From: an uncultured Candidatus Saccharibacteria bacterium
GTDB lineage: Bacteria; Patescibacteriota; Minisyncoccia; Phycocordibacterales; PALSA-1337
Reading direction: 5' to 3'
DNA length: 64,000 nucleotides
Assembly: GCA_964357605.1 (NCBI GenBank)
Contig: CAYHLX010000004.1
Coordinates: 1,081-65,080, forward strand
Each line of letters starts with the position of its first letter. Positions within the stretch are counted from its first letter, which is position 1. The translations under genes were made by a program, and so were the position numbers. This document shows, one piece after another, positions 27,575-36,872 of the stretch. The notes beneath the pieces are model-generated. The model was not told the origin of the DNA. It saw nothing but the letters and a program-made list of their open reading frames with translations, and did not search any database.

Positions 27575-28473
27575 GCTCTCCACCTCGCAAAGATTCCGCA
27601 CGGTAAAAGCCGGGCGGTTTCTTTTTCTTCTATCGTCAACTCACCTTTTTCTATTGTTCCACCAAACTTTTCTTTCAAAAAGAGTAGGTTATTCTCATAT
27701 GCCACCGCTGAATAACCCGCAGAATATCCATTGATAATAAAAAATAGAGGTTTATCAGAGAGAAGTTGCAGACAATTCTCAACCAAAGGAAGAAAATGCT
27801 CCTCTATCTTCCACAACTCCTTGGATGGACCATGACCAAAAGCGGGAGGGTCCATCACAATACCGTCATATTTCCTTCCCCTCTTGATCTCCCTCTCTAC
27901 AAAAATCCTCACATCCTCAATAATCCATCTGATAGGTTTGTCCGTAAGACCCGAAAGTTCCGCATTCTCCCGCGCCCAAGACACCGCAGATTTTGAACTA
28001 TCCACATGAACAACTTTAGCCCCTACTTTGGCGCAAGAGAGGGTGGCTCCGCCAGTATAACCAAAAAGATTAAGAATTTCACACTCTCTTCTCTCAGAAA
28101 TAACTTTCCTCATCCATTCCCAATTCAGAGCTTGTTCCGGAAAAAGACCAGTGTGTTTGAAAGCGGTTGGTTTAATATGAAATTTCAAATCAGCAAATTC
28201 TATTTCCCATTTACTAGGAATATCCTTTTTCAAATTCCATTTACCATCCTTCCCTTCACGAGAAAAAATGGCGTGAGCTTTCTTCCACTCAGTGTCAGAC
28301 AAATGTTTCTTCCACAGAGTCTGCGGATCTGGTCTAGACAAAACAACATTTCCAAAACGTTCCAATTTCTCCCCCTCGCCAGAGTCTAGGAGTTCGTAGT
28401 CTTTGCTAGATTTTAGAATTAAAAGAGAATTATTATTCACGATATTTGGCAAAAGAATACATAGAAAAAACAA
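27571..28473 (-). CDS. Class I SAM-dependent RNA methyltransferase (RlmI/YccW-like); 3' end uncertain
   Basis: GYTGGATL ... DPPAFG motifs. The C-terminal ~17 aa are encoded by repeat copy 2. Confidence 0.6.
   Translation of the reverse strand: MFFLCILLPNIVNNNSLLILKSSKDYELLDSGEGEKLERFGNVVLSRPDPQTLWKKHLSDTEWKKAHAIFSREGKDGKWNLKKDIPSKWEIEFADLKFHIKPTAFKHTGLFPEQALNWEWMRKVISERRECEILNLFGYTGGATLSCAKVGAKVVHVDSSKSAVSWARENAELSGLTDKPIRWIIEDVRIFVEREIKRGRKYDGIVMDPPAFGHGPSKELWKIEEHFLPLVENCLQLLSDKPLFFIINGYSAGYSAVAYENNLLFLKEKFGGTIEKGELTIEEKETARLLPCGIFARWRA
27578..27626. repeat. 49-bp direct repeat, copy 2
   Basis: Identical to 26637..26685. Lies 3 nt after the AbiEii-like gene's stop codon and supplies the last ~17 codons of the minus-strand ORF 27571..28473. 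Confidence 0.9.
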
Positions 28474-28894
28474 AAAGAACGGTAGATGTTACAGCCGAAA
28501 CTAAACAGTACTGACAGAAGGCATTTATCACCGCCGCTTGAAGGATAAAGAAGTAAAGAGAAGCTAGAAAACCAAGAGGGGTCAGAAGCATGGTGAGCCT
28601 AAGTAAGATCTCTTTCTTAGAGTCAAAATAAGCGATTAGAAGAACGAGAATGGTAAAGTAGTAGATTGATCCCAGTAAAGCCACCGGAATGCCTATAACT
28701 TCAGAATAGCTACTGGTAAGTACCTTTTCACATCCATCAGTTGTACATGGAGGTATGTTATTTTGAAAATGCTCAATAGTTAGATACGTAGCATCAATAA
28801 ACCCTAGAAGGGCGACAATGAGCAGAGTAATGATAATCCATTTAGGGATTGACTCCTGCTGTAGCGGCTTTGTTAATAATATCTTTAAATTCAT
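28433..28894 (-). CDS. Vitamin K epoxide reductase (VKOR) family protein
   Basis: CTTDGCEKVLTSSYS ... CQYC. Overlaps dsbA by 53 nt, so its start is uncertain. Confidence 0.7.
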   Translation of the reverse strand: MNLKILLTKPLQQESIPKWIIITLLIVALLGFIDATYLTIEHFQNNIPPCTTDGCEKVLTSSYSEVIGIPVALLGSIYYFTILVLLIAYFDSKKEILLRLTMLLTPLGFLASLYFFILQAAVINAFCQYCLVSAVTSTVLFVFSMYSFAKYRE

Positions 28895-29501
28895 TTAGAC
28901 TCTTTGGGCTTGCTATTTGTTTTCCATTTACAAAGAATGTAGGGGTACCGACAATACCAGCCTTCACTCCACCTTTATAATCATTGATTATTCTCTCTTT
29001 TGCCTGCTCTGAAGTCAGATCAGTCTTGAATTTTTCAATATCAAGATTGATGTTTTGAGCATACTTTACAAAAATAGATGTTGGATCCTTTACATTTTCC
29101 CATTCCCTCTGCTCTTTGTACAAAATATCATACATTTCCCAGAATTTTCCCTGACTACCAGCCGCTTCTGCAGCGAGAGAGGAGATCATGGCATTTGCGT
29201 GTTGAGCTAGAGGAAAATGTCTGAACACAAATCTGACGGTACTTGAACCAAGTTCAGAGATCAATTGCTCTACCATAGAATGGTAAGTTTGGCAGGCCGG
29301 ACATTGGAAATCCCCGTATTCTACAAGCGTCACGGGTGCCATCTCACTTCCCTTGATATGGTCCGTGGCGACGATCTGTTCAGGTAAAGGAAGGAGTTCT
29401 TGTTCCTTATTACTCTTCATTTCTGCCGCGATCAAACCCCAGATAATAAGGCCAACAATAACGACAAAACCTCCCCAAGTAAATATTCTTTTTGATGTCA
29501 T
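28842..29501 (-). CDS. DsbA-family thiol:disulfide oxidoreductase
   Basis: CPAC active site inside a thioredoxin fold, with an N-terminal TM anchor. Confidence 0.8.
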   Translation of the reverse strand: MTSKRIFTWGGFVVIVGLIIWGLIAAEMKSNKEQELLPLPEQIVATDHIKGSEMAPVTLVEYGDFQCPACQTYHSMVEQLISELGSSTVRFVFRHFPLAQHANAMISSLAAEAAGSQGKFWEMYDILYKEQREWENVKDPTSIFVKYAQNINLDIEKFKTDLTSEQAKERIINDYKGGVKAGIVGTPTFFVNGKQIASPKSLNEFKDIINKAATAGVNP

Positions 29502-29516
29502 AGGGGCTATTATACT

Positions 29517-30134
29517 TTAAAAAAATACATTTACAAAGCCGAGAAGTAAGTATATCCCTAGAATATTCATGGCCAAAGATATGGGTATCAAAAAAGAAAG
29601 TTTGACCTTAGACATACCCAAAAGAGCAATTCCCAACTCATCTGGTAAAGGAGAAGCAATCACAGCCGCCCCAACCAATGGGGCCAGCCATTTCAAAAAA
29701 CCAAGATGAAATGATCGGAAAATGTGGTGCCGAATAGAAGGCTTGATAGCTTTGATTAGATCATTATAGAACCTATCTCTAATAAAAAAGAAGAGGATCA
29801 GATCACCACAGAGTGCGCCTAATCCACCCCAGAGAGCGATGGTCTCTACTGGCGCATATTCAGCAATCCTGACCAACGCCACTGATGCAGGGGCGAGAGT
29901 AAAAGCAGAAGTAAAGAAAATTCCAGCGACAAAACTCGCTAAAACATAATAATTACCGATAATCGAGATTAGATAGTCAATAAAACCGACCTTGGCTAAT
30001 ACCAGAGCCACAAAAATTCCCACCGCAATAATGATCAGATCATAAACCAAAGCATGAGCGCTTGTTTTACTATATTTCTTTCTTTTCGGCATGTATGTAT
30101 TTATTATACCCCAATAATCTGCTACTATGTACAC
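29517..30134 (-). CDS. Hypothetical integral membrane protein
   Basis: 4-5 predicted TM helices and no confident family call. Confidence 0.35.
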   Translation of the reverse strand: MYIVADYWGIINTYMPKRKKYSKTSAHALVYDLIIIAVGIFVALVLAKVGFIDYLISIIGNYYVLASFVAGIFFTSAFTLAPASVALVRIAEYAPVETIALWGGLGALCGDLILFFFIRDRFYNDLIKAIKPSIRHHIFRSFHLGFLKWLAPLVGAAVIASPLPDELGIALLGMSKVKLSFLIPISLAMNILGIYLLLGFVNVFF

Positions 30135-30689
30135 ATGTTAAAATCTTACGCTAGTAGAAATCACGAAGCCATGAAAGAGGTTCTCATGTCTCCAAATGAA
30201 AGTGGGCCAGAAATTCATTATTACATGATTCGAGGAGGAGATAGTAAAACAAATATCACCATTTGGGAAAGCGGTACTGTTGGAGAAGAATACATCAAAA
30301 CCTATGGTCACTACCACGTCGGAGATCTCGAGGAAGATTACACCGTCCTACAGGGAGAAGGAGTTATTATTCTCCAAGGGCAGATCGTAGACGATAGTAT
30401 TGAGACTTTTAGAGCCATCAAAGTCAAAGCTCACGACAAAGTCCATATCCCAAAAAATACCGGCCATTTAGCCATTAATACTGGAAATGTGTGGTTTGTC
30501 ACTTCAGACAATAGCCCCGTCAATTTTGAAGAAAAAGATGCCGTTTCCCTTCCGGGACATGCTGATTATAGCCAGTTCAAAAGACTACGCGGAGCAGCGT
30601 ACTATGTGGTAAAAAAAGATAACGAACCCACCTTGGTCAAGAATCCTTTATACAAAAAAGTACCCGAAGTAAAAATAGAAAATCTATGA
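30135..30689 (+). CDS. Cupin-type (archaeal-type) glucose-6-phosphate isomerase
   Basis: TYGHYHVGDLEEDYTVLQGEG metal-binding motif and a downstream His. Confidence 0.65.
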   Translation: MLKSYASRNHEAMKEVLMSPNESGPEIHYYMIRGGDSKTNITIWESGTVGEEYIKTYGHYHVGDLEEDYTVLQGEGVIILQGQIVDDSIETFRAIKVKAHDKVHIPKNTGHLAINTGNVWFVTSDNSPVNFEEKDAVSLPGHADYSQFKRLRGAAYYVVKKDNEPTLVKNPLYKKVPEVKIENL

Positions 30690-32177
30690 ACCCCTCTGTT
30701 CTGGTTGACCACCACGAATAGCGCGGTATTTGTCTTTATACTTTGCAATAGTCTGTTCCACCTCATCATTAGGAATTTCCACACGTAACAAGTCAATAGC
30801 GTTAATTGTATCGTAAATATCTAATTTATTCTCAAGCTTATACATTGCATCTCTCCACAAAATCGCTTTTTCATATTCACGGCTATCGATAGATTCTTTT
30901 TCCAGTCTTTTCATCATATCCATAAAAGCATGGTATACCCCTTCTTCCGCACCTCCAAGTCCTACTGTTCTTTCCTTAAAAGGAATCCTCAAAACAGATC
31001 TTTGTTCTGACATCATCTGCCTAATCTTTCCGGTCCTCTGCCAAGTAAACGCTGTGGAGATTATTTTTTCATACAGATCACTAGCCTTGGCAAGTTTTTC
31101 CCCTGAAACATCAGGAATCATGCGGATCGTATCCAGTAGTCTCCACGCGCCATCTTCTATCATCTCTAAACTCCACCAAGGTTTGGCCGACGCCCACCAA
31201 AAATGGTCGCTAGCTGTACCGATATCCATCCGATGTTTTACTTCTCGATATTTTGCATGGGTGTCATCCATCACACGAACCTCACCTCTCACCAGATGAA
31301 AAAGCTCCCACTGCCATTTATGAACACTATTTTCAGGATCTTTCCAAGATAGAAACTGCACTCCCCTTTCTATATCCTCTTTACTACTAGCCCAAGTAGA
31401 TTTGACCGGAGAAATTTCTACTTCTTCACGGTCCTCAGAAAGCAGATCTGATAAAGTAACTAAGTTAAAATCTTTTGTATCAAAAATATCAAAAAGAAAT
31501 TTCTCCAATCCAGGTCTATGATGTCCAAAAGTTTCTCCGTCCATCGCCGTTACGACATATCTAGAACTTGAGAGGTCTTCCTTCATCGCTTCTTTCAGGG
31601 TTTCTTTTGAACGAACTACGGCACTCATGATAAGATTGCTCAATCTTCTCTCTCTAAATAAAACTTTTAGTTTTGAATCCTTAATCTTGTAGATTTTTGT
31701 ATAGTCAACCTTTCCAGGTTCGCCGCATAGAGCAATTTCATCCAAGAGAATCCATTCCAATCCTAGAGATTCGACAATTGGTATTATCTTTGGATCATAG
31801 CCCATTTCCGGAGGAAAAAATCCCTTTGGTTTATAGGCTTTCCCTAAATAAAAAGAATTAGTTTCATCGTTGATCTTGATCTGACGAACGATATCTTCTT
31901 CGTCTAACAAAGGGAGGAATCCATGATACTTGAGAGAACTAGTGAATTCTATTTTTCCATCTTCGCCCGCCTGCTTTAACATACTAATAAGATCTTGATA
32001 TCCATGCTTATCAAAAAGTTCCAGAAGTGCTCCAGTAATATTGAACGTCACGCGAACATTAGAAGTATTGACGATATGAGAGATGATTGGTCGATAACTT
32101 TGAGTAACAATCGCTTCTAGAATATCTTTTTGTTGATCAGCCGGCTGATAAATGTGAAGAAAATTTCCCCAGTTCAT
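30684..32177 (-). CDS. Glycoside hydrolase family 57 protein (alpha-glucan branching/processing)
   Basis: N-terminal HIYQP (HQP-like) and DGETFGHH motifs. Confidence 0.65.
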   Translation of the reverse strand: MNWGNFLHIYQPADQQKDILEAIVTQSYRPIISHIVNTSNVRVTFNITGALLELFDKHGYQDLISMLKQAGEDGKIEFTSSLKYHGFLPLLDEEDIVRQIKINDETNSFYLGKAYKPKGFFPPEMGYDPKIIPIVESLGLEWILLDEIALCGEPGKVDYTKIYKIKDSKLKVLFRERRLSNLIMSAVVRSKETLKEAMKEDLSSSRYVVTAMDGETFGHHRPGLEKFLFDIFDTKDFNLVTLSDLLSEDREEVEISPVKSTWASSKEDIERGVQFLSWKDPENSVHKWQWELFHLVRGEVRVMDDTHAKYREVKHRMDIGTASDHFWWASAKPWWSLEMIEDGAWRLLDTIRMIPDVSGEKLAKASDLYEKIISTAFTWQRTGKIRQMMSEQRSVLRIPFKERTVGLGGAEEGVYHAFMDMMKRLEKESIDSREYEKAILWRDAMYKLENKLDIYDTINAIDLLRVEIPNDEVEQTIAKYKDKYRAIRGGQPEQRGS

Positions 32178-32178
32178 A

Positions 32179-33735
32179 TTATTTATTTGAATGAATTTCT
32201 ATGGCTCTAGTAAAAAGAGCCAAGTATTTCTTTGCTGAGCCTGTCCATGAAAAATCTTTAGACATCGCTCTTTTGATGAGCTCTTGCCATTTTTTCTGGT
32301 CTCTAAAATTTTCAAAAGCTCTAATGAGAGCAATCATAAGAGAAGATGAGTCAAATCTTTCAAAAACAAAGCCTGTGCCAGTCTGCTTGTCAGGATTATA
32401 ATCCTCCACACTATCGGCCAAGCCACCAGTCTTTCTCACAATAGGTATACAACCCATTCTCATGGCCTCCATTTGGACCAATCCACAAGGTTCAAAACGA
32501 GAAGGAACTAGAACGACATCGGCCCCAGAGAAAACTAAGTGGGGTAAGATCGCATCAAATTTTAAATGGTTTGCTACCCTACCAGGGTGACGACTCTCGA
32601 GATCATGCATGAAACCCATGATATCCGATTCGCCCTCACCGACCACCACCAGTTGAATAGGTAGTTCTTGGATGAGAAGATCGGCAATAGGCATGAGAAG
32701 ATCTAGACCTTTCTGTTTTGATAGGCGACCAACAATGGCAATCAAAAAAGTATCCTTTTTTACAGAGAGACCGAAACGTTCCTGCAAAATACCTTTATTC
32801 TTAATTCTTTCACTCAACTGCTTCACGTCATATGGAAAATTTATATATTTATCGGTCTCTGGATTCCAGTAATCATAATCAATACCGTTAAGAATGCCCG
32901 ACAAAACTGCTCTCCTTTCACGCAATAGATCGTCGAGGAGCTCCCCGTAGTCTTTGGTCATGATTTCTCTAGCATAATTTGTAGAAACAGTATTTATCGC
33001 ATCAGCATACATGATTCCTCTTCTCATATAGTTAATTTTTGACAACCTAGGGTTATCCAGACTTGGGATTGGAGAGTGTCCATCATCAAAATCCATCTCC
33101 GAAACAAAGTGATGATCAAAGGTTCCTTGGAAAAATAAATTGTGTATAGAAAAGACTGTAGCAATTTTAGAAAGTACTGGATCAGTAGAATATACAGTTT
33201 TTAGATAATTAGGAATCAAGCCAAGTTGCCAGTCCAAAGAAACAATCACGTCTGGTACCCACTCACTTTTTTTCAAAAACTCCAAAGTCCCTCTACAAAG
33301 CAGAGCCCACCTTATAGCATCATCAGCATACCCGTAGACATTGGCTCTCTGTTCATAATACTCCTGATTTTCTAGAAAATAACTAGTTACCCCCGCTCCA
33401 GAACCATTTGGTTCGCACTTTTTGATGTTGCAAATGAGCGTTTTTGGACCATTTTCATTCTCTGTTGGTACATTCAAACCCTCATGTTCCATACTCAAGT
33501 GAAAAACCCTATCATCGATAGATAAGTATCTAGGCAACATCACTCTTGCATCACATCCAAGTTCAGAAAGAGCTTTGGGTAATGAATACATAACTGACGA
33601 GAGACCACCAACTTTCACAAAAGGAGCTGCTTCTGTACCAACAAGTAGAATTTTCAGCCCCTTTTTACCCCTCAGACTGCTTGTAAATATAGACATGTAG
33701 GAGAAAATTATAGCAAAATAATCACCACTTATCAA
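32179..33735 (-). CDS. glgA: Glycogen/starch synthase (GT5)
   Basis: KILLVGTEAAPFVKVGGLSSVMYSLPKAL N-terminal ADP-glucose binding motif. Confidence 0.85.
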   Translation of the reverse strand: MISGDYFAIIFSYMSIFTSSLRGKKGLKILLVGTEAAPFVKVGGLSSVMYSLPKALSELGCDARVMLPRYLSIDDRVFHLSMEHEGLNVPTENENGPKTLICNIKKCEPNGSGAGVTSYFLENQEYYEQRANVYGYADDAIRWALLCRGTLEFLKKSEWVPDVIVSLDWQLGLIPNYLKTVYSTDPVLSKIATVFSIHNLFFQGTFDHHFVSEMDFDDGHSPIPSLDNPRLSKINYMRRGIMYADAINTVSTNYAREIMTKDYGELLDDLLRERRAVLSGILNGIDYDYWNPETDKYINFPYDVKQLSERIKNKGILQERFGLSVKKDTFLIAIVGRLSKQKGLDLLMPIADLLIQELPIQLVVVGEGESDIMGFMHDLESRHPGRVANHLKFDAILPHLVFSGADVVLVPSRFEPCGLVQMEAMRMGCIPIVRKTGGLADSVEDYNPDKQTGTGFVFERFDSSSLMIALIRAFENFRDQKKWQELIKRAMSKDFSWTGSAKKYLALFTRAIEIHSNK

Positions 33736-36053
33736 ATCTTGAGATTAATATACAACAACTTGAGATAATTATCTAACATTTTAGATGTCGTGTAAGATTT
33801 TTCTACAAGCTCCATAGTGCTTTGCATCTTTTCTGTCCAATTCTGCCTAGAACCCTCAGATGATTCGGCGTAAAAACAAGGTAAGATCTCATGTTCGAGA
33901 AGATCGTAGAGAACCTGAGCAGTGTTTTCTTCTGGCAAGATCCAACCACGATTGGCCCAATTTACCTCATCCACCCAGCCATCAGAGATACTGCATTGCA
34001 AAGCTCCATTGAGACTGGCCTTCATGCCACTAGTCCCGCAAGCCTCTTTACCTCTTTCTGGAGTATTAAGCCACACGTCTGCACCTTTCACTAATTCATG
34101 CGAAATTGCCACGGAATAATTTGGAATATAGATTACCCTTCCCATCGTCTCTGGATCCTCTGAAATCTCCATGATCTTTTTTATGATTTCTTGACCCTCA
34201 CCATCTGCCTCATGAGCTTTTCCAGCAATCACAAACTGGACTGGATTTTCTTGGTTTCTAATGATTTTTTTAACTCTTTCATAATCAGAAAAAAGTAGGA
34301 ATGGCCTTTTATACGCAGCAAATCTTCTAGCCCAAACCACCGTACATACATCCGGATTGAGTTTTTTACCAAGACTCTCTCTAATATAATCCGCTAGACC
34401 GATTCTTAGTTTTTTCTTGATCTCCCAGATCTCTTTACTGGAAACATCGTGGTTCCGGGTAATAAATTCTTTCACTTGCCAACGCTTTCGGTAAACTCCA
34501 TTGGTAATAGAAATCAGTTCACTATGTGGATGTCGAATCTTTTCAAAGACAGCATGGAGAGCGCTCACGCTATTTTTGATTTTAGAAGTAGTCATGACCA
34601 ATTTGGTAGTGGAAAAAGTATCTGGATCTAGTTCGTATTTACCTTTCTCAAATATTTCGTTAATATCTACTCCAAATTCTTTACAGTATGTGTTAAGTAA
34701 GACAAAGAAGTCTTTTTTTGGAATATAAAGTCCAGCGGCAGACAAAATAGTATGCTTTGTACCGACAATCTTCCCGATATCTTCATTTCTCTCCACCAAC
34801 ACCCCTACCCCAGCAAAAGCCGTGTGTCCCTCATTTAAATGATAAACACTTGGATGAATATCTAACAGCTTCAAAAATTTTATTCCGCCAATACCAAGTA
34901 CAATCTGTTGTTTAACACGTGTGTAAAAATGTGGATCGTATAGATGAGAGGTAATATTTCTATGCTTATCATCATTTTTTTCAAAGTTTGTATCCAAGAG
35001 AAAAACATGAGTATTCTCGGCAAACCTCCTGTGCCAGATTTGAGCATATATCAGATGTTCACCTATCGGTATTGAGACTACCGCTGACTTACCTTGATGA
35101 CTAAAAATAGCAAAATCCTTTAGATTACCTGGATCATAATTAAGTCCTATGGCAATAAACGGCATGTTTTTATCTGCCATCTCCATCAAGTAGTCCCCGG
35201 CGAGAATACCCAATCCACCCGCATACATGAGAGTATTTTCCTCTATCGCATATTCGGCACAAAAATAAGCTATAGGGTTCTGTGGGATAGAAATGGTGGG
35301 ATTATTTTTCTCACCAAACCAACTCCTAATGACACCTTCAGTGTGAGTTGGACCGTCTACTTTTACCGTCTTAATTCCATCTTCCATAACCGAGTAATCA
35401 TTGCCTCCAGGAAAAACTGCGTCTCCCAAAAAAATCACGTCTTTTTTATCTATCTTTATTTTTTCCAACAAAATCCCCAATCCATAAGCCTTATCAAAAC
35501 CCTTTGGTAAAATATCGACCGAGGTCGTGCCGGCCACCGTCGCATCTACCTCAGGAATTTTTCTTTCAATTTCCTTTTCTATTTTTCTTCTCTTTTTCTG
35601 ATCTGGATCCCATTTTTCTTTAATTTCTAGTGGGGCATCTTGTCCCATGGCAGAAAGATTGATCTCAGTATCACGATCTTCAACATATTTTCCTTGATGT
35701 TCTTTTGGTATTTCAAACAGACCAGAATCGATAATCTCACCCAAAGCCTTTATCACTTTTTCCTTGATTGATTTTTTAAATTCATGTTTATCCGTTAACT
35801 GCCATTTTTTTGACTCTGAATTATATTCAAATCGCTCACTGCCATCCACCGGCAAGAGAATGATATTTTTAGATGGTTTGATAAAAGGTAAAAGCTGTTT
35901 TTCAAACTGCACAATAGAACCTCCAGAAATTATTGCAACTTTTGTTGTTTCGGAAAGTTTCTGCAAAAGACCTGCCATCTCTGGAGTAATCGGTGTTTTG
36001 CTACGAGTCAAAGTACCATCAAGATCAAAAGCTGTTAGTTTATAGGGGAACAT
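33732..36053 (-). CDS. Fusion protein: N-terminal eukaryotic-type phosphomannomutase (HAD-IIB, PMM family) and C-terminal alpha-glucan phosphorylase (GT35)
   Basis: N-terminal domain (nt 35304..36053): FDLDGTLT, IISGGS, TSVDILPKGFDK, FLGDAVFPGGNDYSV, matching human PMM2 blocks. C-terminal domain: AYFCAEYAI...YAGGLGILAGDYL and TSGMKASLNGAL (PLP lysine region). Confidence 0.8.
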   Translation of the reverse strand: MFPYKLTAFDLDGTLTRSKTPITPEMAGLLQKLSETTKVAIISGGSIVQFEKQLLPFIKPSKNIILLPVDGSERFEYNSESKKWQLTDKHEFKKSIKEKVIKALGEIIDSGLFEIPKEHQGKYVEDRDTEINLSAMGQDAPLEIKEKWDPDQKKRRKIEKEIERKIPEVDATVAGTTSVDILPKGFDKAYGLGILLEKIKIDKKDVIFLGDAVFPGGNDYSVMEDGIKTVKVDGPTHTEGVIRSWFGEKNNPTISIPQNPIAYFCAEYAIEENTLMYAGGLGILAGDYLMEMADKNMPFIAIGLNYDPGNLKDFAIFSHQGKSAVVSIPIGEHLIYAQIWHRRFAENTHVFLLDTNFEKNDDKHRNITSHLYDPHFYTRVKQQIVLGIGGIKFLKLLDIHPSVYHLNEGHTAFAGVGVLVERNEDIGKIVGTKHTILSAAGLYIPKKDFFVLLNTYCKEFGVDINEIFEKGKYELDPDTFSTTKLVMTTSKIKNSVSALHAVFEKIRHPHSELISITNGVYRKRWQVKEFITRNHDVSSKEIWEIKKKLRIGLADYIRESLGKKLNPDVCTVVWARRFAAYKRPFLLFSDYERVKKIIRNQENPVQFVIAGKAHEADGEGQEIIKKIMEISEDPETMGRVIYIPNYSVAISHELVKGADVWLNTPERGKEACGTSGMKASLNGALQCSISDGWVDEVNWANRGWILPEENTAQVLYDLLEHEILPCFYAESSEGSRQNWTEKMQSTMELVEKSYTTSKMLDNYLKLLYINLKI

Positions 36054-36122
36054 GTATTATATATTAACATGTGTTAGTGGTGATGTTCAAAACTAGGGAG
36101 AAGTGATAGAATCAAAAAACAC

Positions 36123-36872
36123 ATGATAACATATCTACCAATCCTGAGTGTAATTGTAGTAAGCTTGATCTCACTCGTCGGAGCTTTTTTGATTTCCATT
36201 AAAGAGGATTTTATCAAGAAGTATATTTTTCTTTTTGTTTCTCTAGCCGTGGGGGCTCTTTTAGGAGATGCCTTCATCCACCTCATCCCAGAAGGTTTGG
36301 AAAAATTCAGCAACCCCACCATCTTCTCTCTACTTCTTATTGTGGGTATTTTAATTTTTTTTACCATAGAAAAATACCTCCACTGGCATCATCACAGTGA
36401 AGCAGAGGACTTGGAACACACCGTTCACCCTATCGGGAAGATGATTCTTTTATCAGACGGGGTTCACAATTTTATCGATGGATTGATCATCGGTTCTAGC
36501 TACATAGTGAGTATTGAGCTAGGAATCGCCACAACTATCGCTGTCATCTTGCACGAAATACCACAGGAAATTGGTGATTTTGGCGTCTTGCTCCATGCCG
36601 GGTTCTCCAGAATGAGGGCTCTATGGTTCAATTTTCTTTCCGCTCTAAGTTCTGTACTAGGAGTCATTGTGGTACTTCTACTGGGACAAATGTCTGAAAC
36701 CCTTTCAATTTGGCTCATTCCTTTCGCCGCTGGAGGATTTATCTACATTGCCTTATCCGATCTTATACCCGAACTTCACAAAAAATCAGACAAAAAAATA
36801 TATTTCTTTATACAAATAGTGATGATCGTGGTGGGAGTACTAGCGATGTTCCTGCTCACTACTCTAGAGTAA
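36123..36872 (+). CDS. ZIP-family metal transporter (ZupT-like)
   Basis: HEIPQEIGDFGVL signature and a His-rich loop. Confidence 0.85.
   Translation: MITYLPILSVIVVSLISLVGAFLISIKEDFIKKYIFLFVSLAVGALLGDAFIHLIPEGLEKFSNPTIFSLLLIVGILIFFTIEKYLHWHHHSEAEDLEHTVHPIGKMILLSDGVHNFIDGLIIGSSYIVSIELGIATTIAVILHEIPQEIGDFGVLLHAGFSRMRALWFNFLSALSSVLGVIVVLLLGQMSETLSIWLIPFAAGGFIYIALSDLIPELHKKSDKKIYFFIQIVMIVVGVLAMFLLTTLE

Noticed and set aside
36074-36367. ORF 36074..36367 (-), opposite the ZIP transporter gene
   Set aside because: It is antisense to a well-supported transporter gene and has no motifs.
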